Source: Trichinella spiralis
Taxonomy: Eukaryota
Assembly (NCBI RefSeq): GCF_000181795.1
Contig: NW_003526943.1
Span: 250,487-314,486, forward strand
Length of the DNA: 64,000 bases
Direction of reading: 5' to 3'
Positions 27,301 through 45,121 of this stretch are shown piece by piece. The notes under the pieces are model-generated. The model did no database searches. It worked only from the letters and a program-made list of their open reading frames with translations, and was not told the origin of the DNA. Every line of letters starts with the position of its first letter. The stretch's first letter is position 1. The position numbers were made by a program, and so were the translations under genes.

Positions 27301-28589
27301 AATTAGTTTCTACTGTCTGAAACAATTCGTTTTGAAAATATTTTCGCCTTAACATCATTTATAAATGTTATTCCAAATTTTAAAAACATAAAACTGCAAA
27401 GTTTTTGAAAATGTAATATAATATTATACAAAAAACATTTGATAAAATTGAGTAAAACAGCGTTTTGAATTTAATATTTTACAAAAGATTTTCATTAAAA
27501 ATATTTGATTTTGAATAGAAAATAATACTAAATGACATTTCTAATTTTTTTCAATACGTGAAATTCAAAAAATACAGTATACCAATTTGTCAGTCCATAA
27601 TGAACAAAGCATTAAATAAATGCAAAACAAAAATCAGTAGATTAGATCTTTGTAATTTCAAAATTAACATAACTATGAAGTATTATATATTAATATGAAA
27701 CTACTTTTCAGTTCAATTACTTAAGTTTGTATTTGTAATGATTAATAATTTAAATGAAGAGGCTTTTCAAAATTAATATAAGTGTTGAATTTAAAGTAAA
27801 AAAAGATATTAATTGAATTTAAAAATGAAAAATAAAAACATATTTTTGATAAAATTCAAAAAAAGAAAAAAAGTAGTAAACGTGATGTTACAGTAATCTA
27901 TAATTATGTTGAATCTGCTTGTCATTTTCAATCATACCTTTCCAATCAAATGAAATCCTACAACATTTAAATATTACTTTTTTAACATCTAAATATCAAA
28001 TACACAAACGAATGTTCCATTTATTTATTTATTTGCTTATTTGTTAATTTGCATAATATATTTCAGTTGAAATATTTTAACAAAATAATAATTGCTGCGA
28101 CTACGTAAAGTTGATATTGCTTTTCAAGTTCAACAGTGCATTCAAGTTGTTTGGGCGTGAATTTGCTAACGTATCACAATAATCGAAAGAGAAAATTGAA
28201 CTGCGCGCCAGCTTCTTATGGTTTTAATATTTTTTTATTTGGAAATAATTTCCGGAACTATTTATATATTAAAACGAAATATTGTCAACTGAGATTTGAC
28301 TCTTAGGGAAGAACGTTGCTGAACAACTTGCCAATAGATTCCGTCGTGACCTATGTTTGATTCTGTGGTGCACAAAACAGAGGCGTTTCATTGCAGTCAT
28401 TGCGATCGATTGGGTCGTCAGTGTTTGGCCGCGTTTCGCGCGTCTTGACCAAACTTTTCTTTGACAAACCGTAAAATTTTTTCAAATATTTTACAAAAAA
28501 TATGTATTTTTTTCAGAAAATAAAAATACATTTAATTTGGGTAAACAATTTGCCGATGTAGAGTTGTTTGCACAAACGAAGAGATATAA

Positions 28590-31500
28590 ATGGACTTCGT
28601 TGAAAGCAGCTTGGCGAAGAAGAAAAAGACTCTTCCAACTATTCGTTTGGATGTTTCGATGAAAGTCCACAGCGGCAAAGCTTATCCAGAAATTCACTTG
28701 CCGTCGCTTGTGAAAGAGCAGTTGGTATGTTTCGTTCAATTTTGGAAGTTTTCGGAAACTTAATTATTTTTGTTTACTGGGACATTTCATATTTAGTAAA
28801 TAAGCAAGTTTCATCAAACTTGGCGATCACGCTTGTGCTATTTCCAGGTTTTTTAAATTAATTTTTGACGTCGCTTTCGTAGGGCGCGTTGTTTTGCACG
28901 CAGTTCAAGCTTTCTGTTTGCTGATGATGAAAATGTTTATAACGTTGAAATTCAGACACTATTTTACGAAGCAACATTTTATAATGTTCATGTTTAAAGT
29001 GATTAATTATTGAGAAATATATGCACTGCTCATTTCTTCATTGTAATTTCATATTCATTTTTCATTAATGTAGTATGGTAAATTTTCGGTGTTTCTTTTT
29101 TGATAAGGTAAACATGTTTGATAACAATACAATTTCTTTCAACGATAACGTCAATTTATCAGTTTTTGTTTCAGACTTTGCAAACGAGTTTTACTCTGCC
29201 ACATTGTTCTGTTCGCTTTTATCAAATTTTAACTTATTTACTTTTCTATCATTTAACTATTTATTGCTAAAATGTAGACATTTCTTGTCTGCCAATTTTA
29301 AACTCTGAGCCTGAAAAACAGATATTTCAATTTTTTGTTTTGTTATGTTATACTGTAATTGTTGAAATGGGAAATGTTTATTTTATAAACAAGTTTTATT
29401 TTCTTAATTTATTTATTTTTTGTTGAATAACTTGTAGATTTTAGCTTGATATTTCATATTTTTCATAACTTTATTGACTCAGTTAAATCAGTAGGTTTAT
29501 ATTCATTTAGATTAAAATGATGTAGTAATTTGGATAAAGATTTATACTGAGTTTGTAGTTTTCCAATTTATCAGAATAACAATGTTAAAAAAGCATATGG
29601 TACTGAAATATTTTTTCAAAATTCATGCACGATTTAGGTAAATTATTTTTAAAGTACATTTAAAAATTTTTGGATTAAACGCTATGTCAACGGGATGATA
29701 TATTTGGGTCAATCTTTTAAACCGTACTTTTTCTGAAATTCAAGTTTTTTTATAAATTTTTTGTAAAAATAATTCTGTAAGTAAAATAATTATTTGATTT
29801 AGAATTTTCAATTTAAAAACTTTTTTAAATCAATTTGTTATGTATTTATTTTTATTTGATTCACTATTCCATTTTTGAAATTTGTTCAGATATTGCGAAT
29901 TAAATTGAAAATTAAACAGGAGCAAATTTGCGTTTTATTATTTCATTTTTACACGATTAATTTGAATTTAAAGCTTTTTTTAGCGTTTGAGAGGTAAATC
30001 CTTTGTTTTATTTATTTGAATTAGCATCTGTGACGAAATCTATAAGTTTTCTTGAAATTTGCGTTTTATTGGTCCCATTTGTTTTTGCACTTGCTTCGAC
30101 TCTATTATTTACCAAAGATATTGACATTAAACAAATATATATATATATATAAACATGTGTGAGTTGTTTTATATAAATTTTTATGTAATAGCTTCTTTTT
30201 GTGATTATTTGTTTACTAGGATATATATATGTATGTATATATGTTGTGAGTTTTATGATTATCATGGAAATTAGATAAAACATGTGCAGAGATGATTGTT
30301 GTGTGTTATGTTTGTTTAATAGTTCACTTTTGATTTTAAGGGAATTGACGTTAATGAATATGGTGTCGATCCGTCCACTCGTAGTGAAGAATATCAAAAG
30401 CTGTCGGGCATTGTCAAGAAATGCGAACAACGATTCGTAATTTTTTATGTTATTGTTAGCGCATGATATTTTGTCAGTTATTTCAGATGATGTCATGTGT
30501 ATGAGAATACTTTTCAGTTTTTCACTTTTATATGATTTTTTTGTAAATTATGCATTTAATTGAAAACCAACTTTTTGTATTATAATTTTTTACGTATGTT
30601 TTCCTTGAAAATGCAATTTCACTTTATTTTTTTTGTAACTGAAGTTTGCTTTTCAGGGTGGAAAAGGACGCAAAGGTTGTATTGGCCGAGTTGAAGATTT
30701 TATAGATCTCGGATTTGGATACGATTTGAATGATCCATTTATCGATGACGCTGAAGGGGTGAAAAGTTATTATACTTTTTATTTTTATTAATATTGTAGT
30801 TCAACGTTTGGTTTTCAGTATGAATTGTTGGTTCCGTCAACGTTGTCCACTCAACATGGAGGTTTCTACGTCAACCGAGGCGAGTTGGAATTTTGTGAAA
30901 TGACCGACGATTACGAAAATCCAGGGAAAAGCAGTCGAGTATAGCGAATATTTTGTTTTATTAATTTATCTTGTTGCTATTAACAATTTTTATTGATTTG
31001 AACTTTAAGCAGCATAAATTTGTTTTCCTAGAAACAGATTTCGAAAGAAGCGAAAACATCGAAAAACGTCGGTGGACAATTGGAATCTCATTATCGATCG
31101 AATAGTTTTAAAGCAGCGGCGAAATTGAAAAAGAAAAGGTATATTTTGTTTATTGTATTGTTTTGTTTTTATAATTTTTTCAACTGTTTTTAATTTTTAA
31201 GCTTAAATACGAAGCATCGATCTCAAATTCAAGTATTGAAAAAAGTTCCGAATAAAGAAAGCAAAGAGAAATGCGAAGCAAATGACAAGTACATCTGTTT
31301 ATTATTAATTAATTAATTTTTTTATTTATTAAATCTACTTTTATTTGTTCAAGGCACATATCAGATGTGATAAATAGCATTGCACAAGTTGACATTTCCG
31401 CACCAGAAGTGCACGATTCAATCATTGATGGGATAATTTTGTCCGTGCTCGACAAGCAGACTTCAGCAAAAAAATTGTCTGTCCCAGCGTCCGAGACTGT

Positions 31501-33666
31501 CAACAAAGAACCCCCCAACGGAGACAAACCACGAACTTCCGCCGAAAGCTTCAATCCTGCCTCTGCTAGCGGTGGTGGTGGTTGTGCTGTGGCTAATTTG
31601 CCTGAAGTGACCAAAAAAGTAACTCTGGTTGGGCAGCCGCCTACTTTGGCTTTGAACAACAGGTCTCCGAAATGTCACAAACTACCTAGCGCTATATTGA
31701 AAATGAACGAGCAAATTGAAAAGGTGCAATTGTTTGTTTGTTTGTTTGTTTGTTTTTCTGTTGTGGTTGCCACTTCCTTTTGTGGTTGTCATTTTAGCTA
31801 ATTGGCGATCACGGGAAAAAGGTTCTCTTTTGGAACAGGCAAGCAGTTGAATTGTTAGTGAAGTAAGTTCGATTTGGAAATTTACTTTACAATTGCGATG
31901 ATATTTTTTTCAACTCTGTTTATTATTTATTCCTCATTGGACAGTCAGTCTAATAATTTATAATTGTAATTTTATGTGATGGAAGAAATAATAAGTTTTA
32001 TTTGTTTAGAGTTAGCGACATGTGCTCGCAGTGTGGTTTGAATAAATTCGAACGCGGTGCCGTGTTTAACGACCTCAGCGCTCGAGTCAAGGTGCCCCGC
32101 CCGGAATTGATGGCCGCGTTGAAACGCATGGGACGACGATCGTTGAACAGCAACATACGAACTTCCAATTCGAGCTCTGATGTTACCCAGACGGCGGCGG
32201 ATTCGTCGCCAAATTTACCCCAACGGTGCAATTCAGAGGGAAATTTGAACGCAACCAAAAATGCCGACAATCTTGTTCTGCCTGGTAGCAACACTTTCAG
32301 CAATAATAGCCAACGATTGCGCCAAGCTATTATCAAGCTCAAGCGAGGTGATATATATTCATGGATGATTGCATTCCAATCGTTTGTGTTCTTCTTCAAC
32401 AGTTTTCTTTCCCGATTCTGACTATTTTGTTGTATGTACAGAAGTGGATGCAGTGATGCCAAATCTGTTGAGAGATTACAAGGAAATTTGTGCCGAAGCC
32501 GACAAACGGAAGCAGGAGATGTAAGTGGATCGTGGATTAAAATTTAAATGATAATATTATTTTATATACATACGTGCGAAAGGTGATTTTTTTTTATTCA
32601 CTTTTACAGAATGACTGCGAAGTCGGTGACGGAAAATGACAACTTTAGACCGAAAACGGTATACAAGCCCAGAAAGAAATTTCAATGGAATGTGACCGTT
32701 CAGTGCGTTGATAAATTTTTTGTGGTAACATTTGAAAAAAATGAAAAAAAAATACCTTTCAGAAGTCGATTGAAAGAGCTGTTCACTGAATTGGCCATCA
32801 GTACTTGTTTGAAACCTGGCAATGCAGATTCTTTACAAATGGAAAATCTGGATCCATTTTTCGACTGGCTTTCCACAAGCGTATGGCCTGATTCATGGAT
32901 GAATAGCAGGTAATTATTTGAATAGCGGGCAATTTATTAACTACCAACTTTATTAATTGCTACACCAGTATTGCATGAGTAATTCTTCTGTTCTTGATTG
33001 TTTGAAAAGTTGCAAAAGAATTCTTCCATTGTCATCAGAAATTGTTTTATATTTTTAGAGAATTGAAAAAGATGTTTTCTGTATTTTTTATGCAGAATCG
33101 ATGTGTGAAAGAAAAAACAGTTGGTGGAGTATCTCCTTCAAGTGCGGGCAATTTGAACAGTCCAGTAGCAGCAACAGCAACAGCAGCAGCATCGTCGCCG
33201 CCGTCGTCGTCGTCGTCAGGAATAATTATTGACTTGACCACTACCAATGGTGCTACTACTATTACTACTGCTACTACTACTACTACTACTACTTCTACAA
33301 CTGGTACTGCGGTGTCGAGTCCCTCGAATGTTAAACGACCACGAGTCGGTGAAACATCCCCCTCAACACCGCAAAGCGCCATTTCGCAGATTGCGTCCGC
33401 GTTAGTTGGTCCGTCGACATCGAGATCGTTCGACGCACCACCCGTGTTAACTGCACAGCAAATGCCACGAGCCCAGATACAGCAGCAGCAACAACAACAA
33501 CAATCACAACAACAAAAACAGTTGCATCTGCAACAGATACAACAACAACAGCAACAATCAAACCAGCATGAACTACAACAGCACCAGCAGAAACAACTAC
33601 AACAAACACACCACCAGTATCAGCAATTACTACTACAACCACAACAACAGCAGCAGCAACAGCAGC

Positions 33667-33714
<48 letters not shown>

Positions 33715-34280
33715 TGCTAATACAATCACAACAACAACAACAACAACCACAACAGCAGTCGACTTCGTTGAGCCAAATTCAGACGGTCAAGTCTAACTGC
33801 CAGCAAGCAGTATCCGGTTCTACTCCTGCGAGCTCTATGCTGACGCAGACTACTGCAAAACTGCAACTATATCAAAAGATGGTGCAGGAAAGCGGTAAAG
33901 TACCACCGTTCCCTAGCGCAATTAAAGCACATTCAGTGCAGCAGTCACTGGCTGTCGGCGGAAAGTTCGTCGCTGGTAGCGTGCCGTTCGACGCCACGTT
34001 CATACGCATGGGAGGTACTATAGGGGTTTTTCAGCCCCAACATCCCGGCCCCAGTGCTTCTCCATCTTCGCCAATTACCAGAAACGCTCTACCTCATCAT
34101 CATCATCATCCACTGATCGGTCAACCGACAATGCAAGCTGTGAATTTCACATGGAATCGTCAAAGTATCGGTCGTCAATTTTTAGCCTCGAGAACCACAA
34201 CACCCAGACAGTCGGCTTCGGGAGAAGGAGCGTCAATTCGACTGCCACAATCCCAGCCCAGTGGAAATGGTTCCAGTTGA
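28590..34280 (+). CDS. Ubinuclein/yemanuclein (HIRA complex subunit), multi-exon
   Basis: HUN/HRD domain EDFIDLGFGYDLNDPFIDDAEG|YELLVPSTLSTQHGGFYVNRGELEF (30657-30900). Middle domain includes PRKKFQW and VWPDSWM. Proposed first exon 28590-28724 MDFVESSLAKKKKTLPTIRLDV...YPEI. Long low-complexity last exon. Confidence 0.85.
33478..33757 (+). repeat. CAA/CAG trinucleotide tract encoding poly-Q in ubinuclein
   Basis: Directly visible (caa)n/(cag)n run in frame within the last exon. Confidence 0.95.
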
Positions 34281-34311
34281 AAACAACTCAACTGAACTCA
34301 TCTCGGTTCGC

Positions 34312-34315
<4 letters not shown>

Positions 34316-34348
<33 letters not shown>
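34316..34348. repeat. (TA)n microsatellite
   Basis: Perfect TA run. Confidence 0.95.
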
Positions 34349-34351
<3 letters not shown>

Positions 34352-34600
34352 TAATTTACGGAGAGAACGACGGTTTCTGACGATCTGGAAAATCATCGGA
34401 AAATATTTTATTAACAAAAAAAAGGAAAATATTTTCTCATTGTTTTTTTTCACAGATCAATGATCTCCATCTGTTTTATTAAAAAAATTTTCTGCGTGAG
34501 TGTGGTGTGTACGTGATGGTGATGACAAAATGAAAATGACACAGACAGTCGAAAATACAAAACCCTGTAGAGATATATAAATAGCAGCAGACTCACAATG

Positions 34601-35314
34601 TCAAACGTGATCCGCAACATGTTGCGCTCGAATGATCGAACTGAACTGGGCACGAAGCTGTTTGTCGAGCACATTCCAAACCTGCATGCATCCTTGCTTC
34701 CCTTGTTCAAGCATTGCTTCGACCAAATCCGCGTGGGCCCTGCAGGAGAGTTCGGACAAGGCGACGGTTTTGTCGTGGACCAACAGCGCTAGAGTCATGC
34801 GAGGCAACTGGGCAACCACCTCTTCCTGGTGGTTCACGTCCAGCAGTGGCTGGTCGTTGTAGCAAGTCAAGCTGCAGGCGGCCACGAAATCCAGCATCGG
34901 CACGCCGGCGTGCATGAGCGCCATCGAGCAGGCGTTGATGCACGTTGCCAGCAAGCCTCCTTCGTTGGCAATCACCTCGCAGACGATGAAAATTTTCGAA
35001 TTCGGATAATGGGCGCCAATGACGACCGTCTCGAACACCTTTTTCAACAGTTGCGCGTATTCTTGGGGTCGACGGTCGGCGGGCGTGGCGTTCCTGTCGA
35101 CCACACGGCATTCGACCACCGCCCGATCCGCCCGAGTTCGAACTCGCCCGCCCTCAGTGGGTCCGTAGACCACGGCCAACACCTGGGTCAGGCCCTGTTC
35201 CAAATATGCCGAACCGTCGCCTTCGGCCACCGCCCCGACGTGGCACCGCATCTGGCGCAGTTCGTCCGCTCTGCGACCGTCGAGACGGAACCCTTGGTCG
35301 TCCAACACGTCCAT
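34601..35314 (-). CDS. EXOSC4: Exosome complex component RRP41, intronless
   Basis: RNase PH-fold motifs GFRLDGRRADELR, DGSAYLEQGLTQVLAVVYGP, YPNSKI, INACSMALMHAGVPM and LLDVNHQEE. Confidence 0.95.
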   Translation of the reverse strand: MDVLDDQGFRLDGRRADELRQMRCHVGAVAEGDGSAYLEQGLTQVLAVVYGPTEGGRVRTRADRAVVECRVVDRNATPADRRPQEYAQLLKKVFETVVIGAHYPNSKIFIVCEVIANEGGLLATCINACSMALMHAGVPMLDFVAACSLTCYNDQPLLDVNHQEEVVAQLPRMTLALLVHDKTVALSELSCRAHADLVEAMLEQGKQGCMQVWNVLDKQLRAQFSSIIRAQHVADHV

Positions 35315-35342
35315 CCGAAGAATCCTGTAGCCCGGTAGTCAG

Positions 35343-35611
35343 TCAGCGTCGGTTGACTTTGGCGCGGTTCATAAACGTGGCCAAAATTCGCTCGTTGCCA
35401 CGAATATTCTTTTCCACACAACGAGCCACGCACTGACGTTCGTCAGTTATCAACGAACGACCGTTCAAACTGTACACGCAACTGTTGAAGCAAACCTCGG
35501 TCAGGCTGTTGTACAAGATCAAAAATTGTCGTAGCTGAAAAACATTAAAACAATGTAAAAACAAACGACTAAATTTACTCGCTTTTTTAAAGGCTCGACA
35601 AAGTAAAGCAT
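35343..35611 (-). CDS. TIMM10B: Small Tim chaperone (Tim9B/TIMM10B, tin-9.2-like); main exon 35534-35343, first exon uncertain
   Basis: LRQFLILYNSLTEVCFNSC...DERQCVARCVEK twin CX3C motif of the Tim10/DDP family. Acceptor ttttcag at 35535. Possible first exon 35611-35579. Confidence 0.8.
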
Positions 35612-36876
35612 ACTGTGTAAAATAAAAACGTCACTTTAACAATCTTACAAAAAAAAGCTTTTTATTATTTGAAATCATGAAACTTGAAAGTTTACCTAAC
35701 TTTTCCGCAATTAAGCCTGAAACTACGTGATAAAATTGAGCAGTTATTGCGTCACTAAAGCGCACTTTACAGCGATTAATTTCAACAATTCATAATATTC
35801 AAAAAAAACAACAAACTACTTCAATCAAAAACTTAATCCCCAAACATGCATACTGGCATATTAAAAAAGAAAATAACAAGTGAAAATGTATTAGGAAAGA
35901 ATTATGAAGAAAAATTTATCCATTATTTTACCAAAAACTCTACTTCAAATCTTGCTGCTGATCAAAACTGTTTTGCACTTGGCAACAAAAATATTCAGTG
36001 TCAATTAAAAATTTTCGAAGAATTATTAACCGTCAATTGTTAAAAAAGAAATAATCAACATAATAAAATAAATCATACATCAAAAAGTTCTTTATTCATG
36101 ATGCCGTAACTGAAAATTAATCATCTTTCGTCAAAACACCAACGACAACAACACTAAAACACAACTCTCCAAATGTACAGTACACAATTTTAGCAGGTTT
36201 TCTCTAAACTGATCGCAAATTTTCGTTTCGTACAACAAAACAGATCCAACATGTACACGTTATTAATATTCAAAAAAAAAACAAATATCATTTTTTTAAT
36301 GCCCACTGGTTAAGCTGATATTAGTAATACAACTTAACTAATTTTTTCAAATTAATGGTCACTAAAATGTACAATTTAATAATCACTGAAAAACAATTGA
36401 ACAATTTTCAAATTGTTCAAACTCACAAAAAACTAATTTTATAAATTTTTCAAAGCTTACGTTACATTACAAATAAAAACTGCAAAAGTTCAAGCAATTA
36501 TTCGAGGAGATGCAATCTAAAACTACAGTATACTAAACGTTTTAAAGTAAAAAAGTTCTCAATATTAAAAATGATTTCAGTGAATGAATTTTTTAAATAA
36601 ATTTTTAACTTAAAATCTCACATCGCTTTCAAAGAATTCTAAATTATCACGATTATTATCACATATATTACTGAAATTTACAATTATCTTGTTATCACTG
36701 CAATCAATGAAGCATATTAAGTCGAATTTAATTTATTTCAATTTATTTTTTAATAATAAATTCAATTTTAATATTTATTTTTAAGTCAAGTGGAAATTCA
36801 ATTGTTAAACAGCAGTTCTTTTGATTTGAAAAATTAAAACTTCATTGTCTTTTAGTAGACTGTAAATTGACTACGG

Positions 36877-39405
36877 ATGAATGACGTAGAAAGAAATTTT
36901 GAAGTCGAGACAGGAGGTATGTTTTTGTTATTTTGTCAGATAATTTTTATTTAAACTATTATTCTTTCAAAGTTTTACTAATTATGTTGATTGTTTGATC
37001 TTTGTTAATCTCTCTTTGAACATATTTTATACAGTTAATTACCGATTATGTGTATGTTTTTTAATTTTCTGCACCTTTATTATTTTTTATTTATAAGCAA
37101 AATGTAATTTTATTGTGCATTTTTGTCAAATTTTGTTACATTTTGACTTTTGCTATTCTGCTTATGTAATTTGTTAGTACTTGTCAGCAAATTGTACAAA
37201 TATAGATAATAATTGCAGAATTTTTTCCTGAGAAAAGAATAGATTATTTGTAACGCTTCTTCATTATAATAGCTTACATTATATTGTTATTATTGATGAA
37301 TTGAAAGTTGTTTAGAGAGTGAAAGCAGAGCGAAAAATATGGCAGGCGCTGCTGAAGTGGAAATTTTTTTAGCTGAAGTACACAAAGATGAAAAAAATGC
37401 AATTCGTCATTTGACGAATTTTGGTGAGTGTTACGGTTTTTCAAAACTGTGTCGATGAATTGTCATTGTTACTATTTTTGTTGTCATACATCTTTTGCAA
37501 AACACTTAAACTGTAATCATTTTCTGAATAATCAGTTTGGCTTTAAATAGCTTTGTTCTTTAACTGTGACTGATTGTCAGTATTGATGTGTGATATAAAT
37601 TACAGTGACGAACACTACGTCACAAGACAATGAAGAAGAACTTAAGAAAAAAGAAGAAGTAATTATGCAGTGTGGTAATATTTTGGCAAGAGAAAAGTTA
37701 ACTGAAGGTATTTTTGAGATGGTATTTGAAAATTGTCATTATTGTTTCCTCTTTGCAGCATTAAAAGAAATGATTCAACGAACTCGACCTTTTTTAATTT
37801 CCCTCGGAAAAGCCAAGGCAGCAAAATTGGTTCGTAATTTGGTTGATTTGTTTTGTAGCATTGAAATGAATGGTACTCCTGCAGAAGCGAAAAATTTCCA
37901 AGATATCAAGGTTATTTATTCATTTGGTATTAATAAACTGGAATTAGAAAAGTATTAATGAAAATTTGAATTTTTCAGGTTGAACTTTGCAGAGAATGCA
38001 TTCAATGGGCTCGTGAACAGAGTCGCATTTTTTTGCGCCAAACTCTCGAAGCAAGACTGGTGAAATTGTTCAACGAAATTGAAGATTTCCAAAACGCTCT
38101 CAATTTAGGTGAATTTGGATTTGCAAAATTTGTGCTTTTTAAATTGATCTTGTTTTTTCCTCATTTCAGCGGTTACTTTGGTGAAAGAATTGAAAAAGCT
38201 CGACGACAAAGAATTGATGGTCGAAGTGCAGTTGGAAGAGAGCAAAGCTTGTTATGAAATGGGAAACTTGACAAAAGCAAGAGCCGCCCTAACTTCAGCC
38301 CGAACTACCGCTAATGCCATTTACGTATCACCTAGAATGCAAGCCGCTCTAGATATGCAGTCAGGTGTGTGTGCTTGTGGTAATTTTTATTCAAAGTGCT
38401 TTGAATTTTATTTTTTTGCTTTAGGAATTCTTCATGCGGCTGATGAGCGCGATTTTAAGACAGCATTTTCGTATTTCTATGAAGCTTTTGAAGGCTATGA
38501 CGTTTTGAATCTTCCCGAAGCATTGCGCGCTTTGAAATACATGCTGTTGTGCAAAATTATGCTTAACCTGTAATATCTTTCAAAATTTTATATTGTTTAT
38601 GATCAATCTGATGATTTCCTTTTTCTAGTCCTGATGACGTTCACATTCTTGTTCAGGGAAAGTTAGGAATGAAACATGCCGGTAGACAACTTGAAGCGAT
38701 GAAAGCCGTTGCTACTGCTTCCAAAGAACGCTCGTTGTCCGATTTCAAAGAAGTGAGAATTTACATGTGCAATATGTATGTTTCGAAGCATATTTCTTCA
38801 GGCATGCGGAAAATTTAACGAAGAATTGCAAAGTGACCGTGTGGTGAAGTCTCATTTTCAATCGTTGTATGACAGTATGCTAGAGAAAAATTTATGCCGA
38901 ATAATCGATCCTTATTCTCGTCTTGAAATCAGTTTCATTGCAAAGCAAATAGGACTTCCTCAGGTTTTTATTTGTTTATCAGTTATATTTTTTTCAAAAT
39001 ATAATTTTTGATTTAACGTTGACATTCGTATTTCTTAAATAAGTATTTTTTAATCTTTTTAGCAGCAAGTTGAAAAGAAATTATCTCAAATGATACTAGA
39101 CAAAGTACTGTACGGTAAATATGCTTTACAAATTTTTTTCATCAAATAAATAATAAAGTGTACTAGATATCTATATATTTATAAGTATTAATTGGAAAAG
39201 GGTTTTTTTTGGAATAGTTTATTGTTATGTTTTGTAAATGGTAAAATGTGATTTGTTTTCAGGTATATTAGATCAAGGGGAAGGTATTTTGGAAACTTTT
39301 GAAGTTGATGAAGAAGATGAAGCTTATGCGTTGGCTATTGAAGCGGTCCACGGTTTAAATGAAGTTTGCGACATTTTGTATCGAAAAGCCAACAAGCTGA
39401 ACTAA
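36877..39405 (+). CDS. PSMD11: 26S proteasome regulatory subunit RPN6, multi-exon
   Basis: [75 protein letters not shown] and PCI-domain [10 protein letters not shown]...GILDQGEG. Stop at 39403-39405. The start may instead be ATG 37339. Confidence 0.95.
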
Positions 39406-40287
39406 AACTTATTGGTCAACACGATTGGTTTCCTTCTCTTTTATTTTTGCTATCTCATAATTAAAATTAAAAATATAATAAAATGAAATAAGTTTTATTT
39501 ATTCATTTTTTTTCTTGGTTGACTGAGATTGACCGGTACAGCCCTCGCAGTTGTGTTTCGAAAAGAAGCCGAAAACAGCTAGTTTTGCATTTGTGAAAAA
39601 TGATTTATTGTGTTCTGAATAAAATAGTGGTCTGTTATGAACATCAACCGTTGATTGTTTTCAAAATATTTTGATAAAAGTATTTTTTTATTTTTAATGT
39701 TTTCATAACTGACTTGAATTATAATATGTTTGCTGATTGTGTAATTTTAAAGGAAAACTGTGTGTGTAAATAGGTGAATGAAAAATCTTGGTAGTCAATT
39801 TGATAACAATGACAACAAAAGTTATTACACATGGTGCTATGAATAAAATTTATTATAATAATAATTTCAATGAAATTTTTATGAAATTGTCGTGTTTACA
39901 TTGTACTCATTTTCCAAGATCTATCACTGAAGTAACCTGTGTGTGTTAAAAAAAAATAAAACTGTGTAAATAATTGTAATAAATATTTTAAATTTAATTT
40001 GTTCTGGTTCAGTTGTTTCAGTGAATTTTAAATATTAAAATTATTTCAAAAGAAATCTTTTGTAATTGAACAATTATACATACTTATATATAATCTACTG
40101 TATGCAGAAGGTAAAAATTTGGAGAAATTGTTTGTGAGGTAGTGCAGATTGTCGGGTGGTGTAAGTAGAGAAAATGTGAGTTCGACGGCTTATTTGGGAA
40201 TACTTTTAATTAATAAAACAGATTGGGTTTAATATCAACTGAAAGTTTTGTCTTCTTTTAACAGAGCATATTTGATTGTTCGGCTCC

Positions 40288-44474
<4,187 letters not shown>

Positions 44475-45121
44475 NNNNNNNNNNNNNNNNNNNNNNNNNN
44501 NNNNNNNNNNNNNNNNNNNNNNNNNNNNNNNNNNNNNNNNNNNNNNNNNNNNNNNNNNNNNNNNNNNNNNNNNNNNNNNNNNNNNNNNNNNNNNNNNNNN
44601 NNNNNNNNNNNNNNNNNNNNNNNNNNNNNNNNNNNNNNNNNNNNNNNNNNNNNNNNNNNNNNNNNNNNNNNNNNNNNNNNNNNNNNNNNNNNNNNNNNNN
44701 NNNNNNNNNNNNNNNNNNNNNNNNNNNNNNNNNNNNNNNNNNNNNNNNNNNNNNNNNNNNNNNNNNNNNNNNNNNNNNNNNNNNNNNNNNNNNNNNNNNN
44801 NNNNNNNNNNNNNNNNNNNNNNNNNNNNNNNNNNNNNNNNNNNNNNNNNNNNNNNNNNNNNNNNNNNNNNNNNNNNNNNNNNNNNNNNNNNNNNNNNNNN
44901 NNNNNNNNNNNNNNNNNNNNNNNNNNNNNNNNNNNNNNNNNNNNNNNNNNNNNNNNNNNNNNNNNNNNNNNNNNNNNNNNNNNNNNNNNNNNNNNNNNNN
45001 NNNNNNNNNNNNNNNNNNNNNNNNNNNNNNNNNNNNNNNNNNNNNNNNNNNNNNNNNNNNNNNNNNNNNNNNNNNNNNNNNNNNNNNNNNNNNNNNNNNN
45101 NNNNNNNNNNNNNNNNNNNNN
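44475..45121. other. Assembly gap (N run)
   Basis: Run of n. Confidence 1.

Noticed and set aside
30008..30496. 162-aa minus-strand ORF
   Set aside because: Antisense to ubinuclein intron and exon sequence, with AT-rich low-complexity composition.
34598..35436. Multiple alternative-frame and antisense ORFs over EXOSC4 (similarly over RECQL5 40634-41270)
   Set aside because: Expected shadow ORFs in GC-rich coding DNA.
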